A stretch of DNA of 64,000 nt from Eledone cirrhosa (Eukaryota): assembly GCA_964016885.1 (NCBI GenBank), contig OZ024741.1:50778001-50842000 (forward strand), read 5' to 3'. Below, piece by piece: positions 52,017 through 64,000 of this stretch (positions are counted from its first letter, which is position 1; every line of letters begins with the position of its first letter). Both the position numbers and the translations under genes were made by a program. The notes beneath the pieces are model-generated. The model was not told the origin of the DNA. It saw only the letters and a program-made list of their open reading frames with translations, and ran no database searches.

Positions 52017-55000
52017 TCATAATACAACCTTCATATGAAATATATCTCTCATAATACAACCTTCATATCAAATATATCTCATAATACAACCTTCATATCA
52101 AATATATCTCATAATACAGCCTTCATATCAAATATATCTCATAATACAGCCTTCATATCAAATATATCTCATAATACAACCTTCATATCAAATATATCTC
52201 ATAATACAGCCTTCATATCAAATATATCTCATAATACAGCCTTCATATCAAATATATCTCATAATACAACCTTCGTATCAAATATATCTCATAATACAGC
52301 CTTCATATCAAATATATCTCATAATACAGCCTTCATATCAAATATATCTCATAATACAACCTTCATATCAAATATATCTCATAATACAGCCTTCATATCA
52401 AATATATCTCATAATACAGCCTTCATATCAAATATATCTCATAATACAGCCTTCATATCAAATATATCTCATAATACAACCTTCATATGAAATATATCTC
52501 ATAATACAACCTTCATATCAAATATATCTCATAATACAGCCTTCATATCAAATATATCTCATAATACAACCTTCATATCAAATATATCTCGTAATACAAC
52601 CTTCATATCAAATATATCTCATAATACAGCCTTCATATCAAATATATCTCATAATACAGCCTTCATATCAAATATATCTCGTAATACAACCTTCATATCA
52701 AATATATCTCATAATACAGCCTTCATATCAAATATATCTCATAATACAGCCTTCATATCAAATATATCTCGTAATACAACCTTCATATCAAATATATCTC
52801 ATAATACAACCTTCATATCAAATATATCTCATAATACAGCCTTCATATCAAATATATCTCATAATACAACCTTCATATCAAATATATCTCATAATACAGC
52901 CTTCATATCAAATATATCTCATAATACAGCCTTCATATCAAATATATCTCATAATACAACCTTCATATCAAATATATCTCATAATACAACCTTCATATCA
53001 AATATATCTCATAATACAGCCTTCATATCAAATATATTCCTCGTAATACAACCTTCATATCAAACATATTCCTCGTAATACAGCCTTCATATCAAATATA
53101 TCTCATAATACAACCTTCATATCAAACATATTCCTCGTAATACAACCTTCATATCAAATATATCTCATAATACAACCTTCATATCAAATATATCTCATAA
53201 TACAGCCTTCATATCAAATATATCTCATAATACAGCCTTCATATCAAATATATCTCGTAATACAACCTTCATATCAATTATATCTCATAATACAACCTTC
53301 ATATCAAATATATCTCATAATACAACCTTCATATCAATTATATCTCATAATACAGTCTTCATATCAAATATCTCTCTCATAATACAACCTTCATATCAAT
53401 TATATCTCATAATACAGCCTTCATATCAAATATATCTCGTAATACAACCTTCATATCAATTATATCTCATAATACAACCTTCATATCAAACATATATCTC
53501 ATAATACAACCTTCATATCAAATATCTCTCTCATAATACAACCTTCATATCAAATATCTCTCTCATAATACAACCTTCATATCAAATATATCTCATAATA
53601 CAGCCTTCATATCAAATATATCTCATAATACAGCCTTCATATCAAATATATCTCGTAATACAACCTTCATATCAAATATATCTCATAATACAGCCTTCAT
53701 ATCAAATATATCTCATAATACAACCTTCATATCAAATATATCTCATAATACAGCCTTCATATCAAATATATCTCATAATACAACCTTCATATCAAATATA
53801 TCTCATAATACAGCCTTCATATCAAATATATCTCGTAATACAACCTTCATATCAAATATATCTCATAATACAGCCTTCATATCAAATATATCTCATAATA
53901 CAACCTTCATATGAAATATATCTCATAATACAGCCTTCATATCAAATATATCTCATAATACAACCTTCATATGAAATATATCTCATAATACAGCCTTCAT
54001 ATCAAATATATCTCGTAATACAACCTTCATATCAAATATATCTCATAATACAGCCTTCATATCAAATATATCTCGTAATACAACCTTCATATCAAATATA
54101 TCTCATAATACAACCTTCATATCAAACATATTCCTCATAATACAACCTTCATATCAAATATATCTCATAATACAACCTTCATATCAAATATCTCTCTCAT
54201 AATACAGCCTTCATATCAGACATATTCCTCATAATACAACCTTCATATCAAATATCTCTCTCATAATACAACCTTCATATCAAATATCTCTCTCATAATA
54301 CAACCTTCATATCAAATATCTCTCTCATAATACAACCTTCATATCAAATATCTCTCTCATAATACAACCTTCATATCAAATATCTCTCTCATAATACAAC
54401 CTTCATATCAAACATATTCCTCATAATACAACCTTCATATCAAATATCTCTCTCATAATACAACCTTCATATCAAATATCTCTCTCATAATACAACCTTC
54501 ATATCAAATATCTCTCTCATAATACAACCTTCATATCAAATATCTCTCTCATAATACAACCTTCATATCAAATATCTCTCTCATAATACAACCTTCATAT
54601 CAAATATCTCTCTCATAATACAACCTTCATATCAAATATCTCTCTCATAATACAACCTTCATATCAAATATCTCTCTCATAATACAACCTTCATATCAAA
54701 TATCTCTCTCATAATACAACCTTCATATCAAACATATTCCTCATAATACAACCTTCATATCAAACATATTCCTCATAATACAACCTTCATATCAAACATA
54801 TTCCTCATAATACAACCTTCATATCAAACATATTCCTCATAATACAACCTTCATATCAAATATCTCTCTCATAATACAACCTTCATATCAAATATCTCTC
54901 TCATAATACAACCTTCATATCAAATATCTCTCTCATAATACAACCTTCATATCAAACATATTCCTCATAATACAACCTTCATATCAAACATATTCCTCAT

Positions 55001-55272
55001 AATACAACCTTCATATCAAACATATTCCTCATAATACAACCTTCATATCAAACATATTCCTCATAATACAACCTTCATATCAAATATCTCTCTCATAATA
55101 CAACCTTCATATCAAATATCTCTCTCATAATACAACCTTCATATCAAATATCTCTCTCATAATACAACCTTCATATCAAACATATTCCTCATAATACAAC
55201 CTTCATATCAAACATATTCCTCATAATACAACCTTCATATCAAACATATTCCTCATAATACAACCTTCATAT
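52017..55272. repeat. 30/32-bp satellite array, ~100 copies
   Basis: Unit tcataatacarccttcatatcaaatatatc, with 32-bp variants ending aatatctctc or aacatattcc. Confidence 0.97.
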
Positions 55273-55354
55273 GATAATGGTTCACAATGTATGTTTATTA
55301 AATTTTCTACCAGATTACATCCATTTTTTAGAATGTCATTTTCAACGGATAGAG

Positions 55355-56118
55355 AAGGTGACGGAAAGTGACGGAAGATGACGGAAGGTGACATTATGTG
55401 ACGGAAGGTAACACAAGGGGACGGAAGGTGACATTATGTGACGGAATGTGACGGAAGGTGACATTATGTGACGGAAGGTGACACAAGGTGACGGAAGGTG
55501 ACAGAAGTTGATGGAAGATGACGGAAGGTAACGGAAGGTGACGGAAGGTGACAGAAGTTGATGGAAGGTAACGGAAGGTAACGGAAGGTGACGGAAGGTG
55601 ATATAATGTGACGGAAGGTGACGGAAGGTGACGGAAGGTGACATTATGTGACGGAATGTGACGGAAGGTGACATTATGTGACGGAAGGTGACACAAGGTG
55701 ACGGAAGGTAACGGAAGGTGACGGAAGGTAACGGAAGGTGACGGAAGGTGACAGAAGTTGATGGAAGATGACGGAAGGTGATGGAAGGTGACATAATGTG
55801 ACGGAAGTTGACGGAAGGTGACGAAGGTAACGGAATGTGACGGAAGGTAACATAAGGTGACGAAAGGTGACAGAAGGTAATGGAGAATGACGGAAGGCGA
55901 CGGAAGGTGACGGAAGGTGAGGGAAGGTGACAGAAGGTGACATAATGTGACGGAGGTTGACGGAAAGTGATGGAAGGTAAAGGAAGGCGACGGAAGGACT
56001 TAGCATGTGACCGAAGGTAACGGAAGGTGACGGAAGGTGACGGAAAGTGATGGGATGTAAAGGAAGGTGACGAAAGGAGTCGGTGGGTGACGGAAGGTGA
56101 CGGAAGGTGACGGAAGGA
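55355..56118. repeat. 10-bp minisatellite (GACGGAAGGT)n
   Basis: Direct reading. Confidence 0.95.
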
Positions 56119-56199
56119 CACAGACGGTGACATAGCACGATAAAAGAACACAGACTACAGACGAAAGAAAACAAAAGGAAGCACAGGGGAACAGAAATA

Positions 56200-57295
56200 G
56201 AGAGAATGGGAGAGAATGGAAGAGACTGAGAGAGACTGAGAGAGACTGACAGAGACTAAGAGAGACTGAGAGAGACTGGGAGTAACTGGGAGAGACTGAG
56301 ACAGACTGGGAGAGAGTGAGAGAGACCAAGAGAGACTGGGACAGTCTGCGAGAGACAGGGAGAAACTGAGAGAGAATGGGAGAGACTGGGAGAGACTAAG
56401 AGAGACTGAGAGAGACTGAGTGAGACTGAGAGAGACTGGGAGAGACTAAGAGAGACTGAGAGAGACTGGGAGAGACTAAGAGAGACTGAGAGAGACTAGG
56501 AGAGACTGAGAGAGACTAGGAGAGACTAAGAGAGACTGAGAGAGACTGAGAGAGACTAAGAGAGACTAGGAGAGACTAAGAGAGACTGAGAGAGACTGAG
56601 AGAGACTGAGTGAGACTGAGAGAGACTGGGAGAGACTAAGAGAGACTGAGAGAGACTGGGAGAGACTAAGAGAGACTGAGAGAGACTGAGAGAGACTAAG
56701 AGAGACTGAGAGAGACTGGGAGAGACTATGAGAGACTGAAAGAGACTAGGAGAGACTAAAAGAGACTGAGAGAGACTGAGAGAGACTGGGAGAGACTAAG
56801 AGAGACTGAGATAGACTGGGATAGACTGGGAGAGACTAAGAGAGACTGAGATAGACTGGGATAGACTGGGATAGACTGGGAGAGAGTGAGAGAGATTGAG
56901 AAAGATTGGGAGAGACTGAGAGAGACGACTAAGAGAGACTTAGAGAGACTAAGAGAGACTGAGAGAGACTGGGACAAACTGAGACAGAGTGAGAGTGACA
57001 GGGAGAGACTGAGAGAGACTGAGAGAGATTGGGAGAGACTGAGATAGAGTGAGAGAGATTGAGACAGACTGAGAGAGACTGGGAGAGACTGGGACAAACT
57101 GAGACAGAGTGAGAGGGACAGAGAGAGACTGAGAGAGACTGAGAGTGTCCGAGAGAGACTGGGAGAGACTGAGAGAGACTGAGAGAGACTGGGAGAGAAG
57201 CAGAGGGACTGAGAGAGACTGAGAGAGACTGGGAGAGAAGCAGAGGGACTGAGAGAGACTGAGAGAGATTGAAACAGAAAGAGACAGACTGAGAC
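56200..57295. repeat. 10-bp minisatellite (GAGAGAGACT)n
   Basis: Direct reading. Confidence 0.95.
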
Positions 57296-57667
57296 AAATG
57301 AAATAAATGGTGGTAGAAGGAGGCCGATGAAATGAAGAAACAACAGAAGACAGTAGACAGAAGACTGAAGAGTATATAGAAGATGGGGCGATTAGTTTTA
57401 CAGAAAAAACAACAAAAAACAACAAAACAAATTCTGGTGCAGAAGAGGCTATTTAGTGAGTAGTATTTAGATGGTGTTCTTTAAAAGTTCTGGGGCTGTT
57501 TTTCAAGGAATAAATCTGAAGAAGTTAGGAACACAAACAACCTCCAGCAATAGAAGATGCCATTAATGGTAGAGAAGTGTAAGCAGGTATGTCTCATTTG
57601 CCTTCTATCTCAAAGAGACATAGATTGATTCATCTAGAATTTTCCTATCATCAATTTTGGCGTGGTG

Positions 57668-59900
<2,233 letters not shown>

Positions 59901-60159
59901 TTACTGACAGTCTTCATCTACCACACCCATCACCCTCATCCACAAACACTCAAATGATGGTGTTGGTGGTTGAGGAGGTAGTGTATGCAGAGAAGTGCAG
60001 CTCTGTAAGAGATGCAGCAGCAGCAGCAGCAGCAACGGTGGCGTTGTGTGTGTGTGGGGGCGAGGAGGGGTATGGAGGTGTGTTGTTTCGGTGGTGAGAG
60101 CAATTTGTCTGTGAAAGACGTTAGTGGGTTTCTTTTGAAAGTATAACACTTAGGGGAGG

Positions 60160-61509
60160 GGGAGTAGTAGTGGTCTTGGTGGTGGTGGTGGTGGTGGGGG
60201 GGTATTGGTGGTGCTAGTGGTAGTGGTGGTGGTGGGGGGCAGGTGGTGTTGGTGGTGCTAGTGGTAGTGGTGGTGGTGGTGGTGGTAGTGGTGGTGGCAG
60301 TGGTGGTGGTGGGGAGCTGGTGATGTTGGTGGTGCTAGTGGTAGTGGTGGTGGTAGTAGTGGTGGTGGAAGTGGTGGTGGTGGTGGTGGTGGTGGTAGTG
60401 GTGGTAGTGGTGGAGGGGGTAGTGGTGGTAGTAGTACTGGAGGTGGTAGTGGTGGTGGTGTTGGTGGTGGTGGTGGTAGTGGTGGTGGTGGTGGGGGGGC
60501 TGGTGGTATTGGTGGTGCTAGTGGTAGTGGTGGTGGTAGTAGTGGAGGTGGTGGTGGTAGTGGTGGTGGTGGTAGTGGTGGTGGTGGTGGTGGGGGGCTG
60601 GTGGTGTTGGCGGTGCTAGTGGTAGTGGTGGTGGTAGTAGTGGAAGTGGTGGTGATGGTGGTGGTGGTAATGGTGGTGGTAGTACTGGAGGTGGTGGAGG
60701 TGGTAGTGGATGTGGAGGTAGTGGTGGTGGTGGTGGTGCGGTGTTGGTCGTACTAGTGGTAGTGGTGGCGGTAGTAGTGGAGGTGGTGGTGGTGCTAGTG
60801 GTGGTGGTGGTAGTAGTGGAGGTGGTGGTAGTGGTGGTGGTGGTAGTAGTGGAGGTGGTGGTAGCAGTGGAGGTGGTGGTGGTAGTGGTGGTAATGGTGG
60901 TGGTGGTGGTGGTTGTGGTAGTGGTGGTATTGGTGGTGGTGGTGGTAATGGTAGTGGTGGTGGTGGTGGTGGTTGTGGTTGTGGTAGTGATGGTGGTGGC
61001 GATGGTAGTGGTAGTGGTGGTGGTGGTGGTGGTTGTGGTTGTGGCGGTGGTGGTAGTGGTGGTTGTGATGGTGGTGTTGGTGGTTATGGCGGTAATTGAT
61101 AAATGATGCGAGGGTGTCTTCTTCTTCTTCTTCTTCTTCTTCTTCTTCTTCTTCTTCTTCTTCTTCTTCTTCTTCTTCGCCATGATGATTACTATTATAA
61201 TAGTGATGATGATGTTGATATAGATGATGATGATGATGATGATGATGGCGACGAGAAAAGTCTTGATATGTTTTTGAAACTATGAATAATGATGAAAATA
61301 AGAAAAATGACATAAATAAATAAATAAAATAAAAGAATCCTCTAGAAAAGGTGATTGACAAAGAAGAGAGACCTGGCCGGAAGTGCTGTATTGTAGTCGT
61401 TTATTGTAATATGGCGCTACTTCCGGAAAAGGAAACCACAGACTCTGACTGTGATTATATCATGTGTCATTGTTCAATTGACGATTTCCTTTCTTTGCTA
61501 ACATTTGTT

Positions 61510-61544
<35 letters not shown>

Positions 61545-61696
61545 TGTAGCAATAGTAGTAGTACTACTAGTAGTAGTAGTACTAGTAGTAGTAGTTGTTG
61601 TTGCTGTAGTTGATGGTGTTGGTGTTGGTTGTGGTGGTGGTGTCAGTATTGGTATTGGTGGTAGTGTCAGTGTTGATGCTGTAGTAGTAGTAGTAA

Positions 61697-61748
<52 letters not shown>

Positions 61749-61839
61749 TGTAGCAGTAGTAGTAGTAGTTGTTGTTGTAGTAGTTATAGTAGTAGTAGTA
61801 GTAGCTGTTGTAGTAGTAGTAGTAGTAGTAGTAGTAGTT

Positions 61840-61877
<38 letters not shown>

Positions 61878-62110
61878 TGTTGAAGTTGCTGTAGTTGTAG
61901 TTGTAGTAATTGTTGTTGTAGCTGTAGTAGTAGTTGTTATTGATGTTAATGATAGTGGTGTTGTCGTTGGTACTACTGTTGTTGTTGTTGTTGTTGCTGC
62001 TGCTGATGGTGATAGTGGTGGTGTCGTTGATGTTGTTGTTGCTGCTGCTGCACTGCTGCTGCTGGTAATGGTGTTGTTGTTAGTGGTGGTGTAGATGGTA
62101 GTGGATGTGT
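60160..62110. repeat. (GGT)n, (CTT)n and (GTA)n blocks around a short unique island
   Basis: Direct reading. Confidence 0.9.
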
Positions 62111-62119
62111 TAGTGTTGA

Positions 62120-63000
62120 TGTTGGTGGTGGTAAGCTGGTGGTGGTGGTGTTGGTGGTGGTGGTGGTGGTGGCTGTGGTGGCTGTGTTGCTGTAGTCGGT
62201 GGAGGTGGTGGTAAGCTGGTGGTGGTGGTGTTGGTGGTGGTGGTGGTGGTGGCTGTGGTGGCTGTGTTGCTGTAGTCGGTGGAGGTGGTGGTAAGCTGGT
62301 GGTGGTGGTGTTGGTGGTGGTGGCTGTGGTGGCTGTGTTGCTGTAGTCGGTGGAGGTGGTGGTAAGCTGGTGGTGGTGGTGTTGGTGGTGGTGGTGGTGG
62401 TGGCTGTGGTGGCTGTGTTGCTGTAGTCGGTGGAGGTGGTGGTAAGCTGGTGGTGGTGGTGTTGGTGGTGGTGGCTGTGGTGGCTGTGTTGCTGTAGTCG
62501 GTGGAGGTGGTGGTAAGCTGGTGGTGGTGGTGTTGGTGGTGGTGGTGGTGGTGGCTGTGGTGGCTGTGTTGCTGTAGTCGGTGGAGGTGGTGGTAAGCTG
62601 GTGGTGGTGGTGTTGGTGGTGGTGGCTGTGGTGGCTGTGTTGCTGTAGTCGGTGGAGGTGTGGTAAGCTGGTGGTGGTGGTGTTGGTGGTGGTGGTGGTG
62701 GTGGCTGTGGTGGCTGTGGTGGCTGTGTTGCTGTAGTCGGTGGAGGTGGTGGTAAGCTGGTGGTGGTGGTGTTGGTGGTGGTGGTGGTGGTGGCTGTGGT
62801 GGCTGTGTTGCTGTAGTCGGTGGAGGTGGTGGTAAGGTGGTGGTGGTGGTGGTGGTGGTGGCTGTGGTGGTGGTGGTGGTGGTGGTGGCTGTGGTGGCTG
62901 TGTTGCTGTAGTCGGTGGAGGTGGTGGTAAGGTAGTGGTGGTGGTGGTGGTGGGTGTGTTGCTGTAGTCGGTGGAAGTGGTGGAGGTGGTGGTGGCAAGG
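62120..63000. repeat. ~66-84-bp higher-order repeat built on (GGT)n
   Basis: Recurring aagctggtgg..ggctgtggtggctgtgttgctgtagtcggtgga, ~12 copies. Confidence 0.9.
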
Positions 63001-63264
63001 TGGTGGTAGAGGTGGTGGTGGTGATGGCAAGATGGTGGTAGTGACGTTGGTAGTTTATATTAGTGTTGATGTTATTGTTGGTGGTGTTAGTGTCGTTGGG
63101 AGAAGTGGTGCTGATAGTTGATATTGGTGGTGGTGTTTGTGGTGCTGCTTTTGCTGGTGGCGGAGGTGGCGGTGGTGGTGATGATGGTGTTGGTGTTGAT
63201 TGTATGAGTGGTTGATATTGTTGTTGTTAGCGTGCTTGTTGTTGGTGGTAGCATTAATATTCGT

Positions 63265-63474
63265 GGTGGATTGGTAGTGTCGGACAACATGCTTTGCGGC
63301 ATGAAGTTACGTCCCTTTACGTCCTGAGTTCAAATTCCGCTGAGGTGAGCTTTGCCTTTCGTGCTAACGGGGTCGATAGAATAAAGTACCAGTAACGCGC
63401 TGGTGGTTGATTTAATTGACTTTTCCCTCTCCACAAAATTGTTGGCCTTCTGCCTAAATCAAAAATCATTATTT
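63265..63474 (+). mobile_element. tRNA-derived SINE (longer subfamily)
   Basis: B box gagttcaaattcc, central domain, tail ggccttctgcctaaatcaaaaatcattatt. Confidence 0.8.
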
Positions 63475-63549
63475 ATCTATAGGTGAACCATAATCGAACT
63501 GATCGATCATCAAAGACAATACAACAAAGAGCAGCTCGTCTTTTTTAGC

Positions 63550-63700
63550 TACGAGGGTCGGCTGAAACGTTCATAGGTTGACCAAGATACTCTCATGGAA
63601 TGTGACCAAATGAGATTTATTTACCTTGCGGCTCACACACTTCTTCCATCTGTGTTTCAGTGCACGGATCCCATTGGTGAAGAAGCTATCATCCTGTTAG
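63550..63700 (+). mobile_element. Mariner-like element end
   Basis: TA|CGAGGGtcggctgaaa terminus; no partner TIR in the window. Confidence 0.45.
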
Positions 63701-63891
63701 TAAAAAAGTAGTGATTGCCCGCCCCCCCCCCCCCCATGTATAGGAACACAGGACCACATTATTCAACGTGTCCTTTTTTAAGGAGATTGGACTGCAATTT
63801 CTAGCAGTCCAATCGACCATGTACAAGGTTCCAATTTGGTTTAAAGTGTTGTTGTTGTTGGTGGTGTTGGGGGTGATATTCCGTGAGTGAA

Positions 63892-63988
<97 letters not shown>

Positions 63989-64000
63989 CTCTGGTACAAG

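Noticed and set aside
52035-52490. 151-aa ISHNTAFISN repeat protein
   Set aside because: In-frame read of the 30-bp satellite.
57507-57592. Candidate exon (ttttcaag|...gcag|gtatgt)
   Set aside because: Stops in all three frames from the acceptor; splice-like motifs alone are insufficient.

Overview
Repeat-saturated animal genomic DNA. The SINE, LINE and microsatellite style looks cephalopod/octopus-like, but that is an impression, not a search result. I found no host protein-coding gene, and nearly all long ORFs in the track are microsatellite artefacts. All real coding remnants are transposon-derived: Penelope-like elements (PLEs; RT + GIY-YIG) at ~12.9-14.2, 22.4, 37.2-38.2 and 44.1-45.5 kb; three Tx1/L1-clade LINE copies; four R4/Dong-type RLE retrotransposons sitting in microsatellites; CR1 and RTE fragments; a non-autonomous Helitron with both termini; mariner-like ends; tRNA-derived SINEs; and several mini/satellites. 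The most notable hidden layer is about a dozen type I hammerhead-ribozyme motifs from several distinct families. They lie in PLE 3' ends (pLTRs) and in ORF-less inverted-repeat cassettes inserted in (TA)n. One family carries a compensatory U3:A8 core. Recurring fold-back inverted duplications are centred on (TA)n. All RNA structures were paired by eye and are untested.
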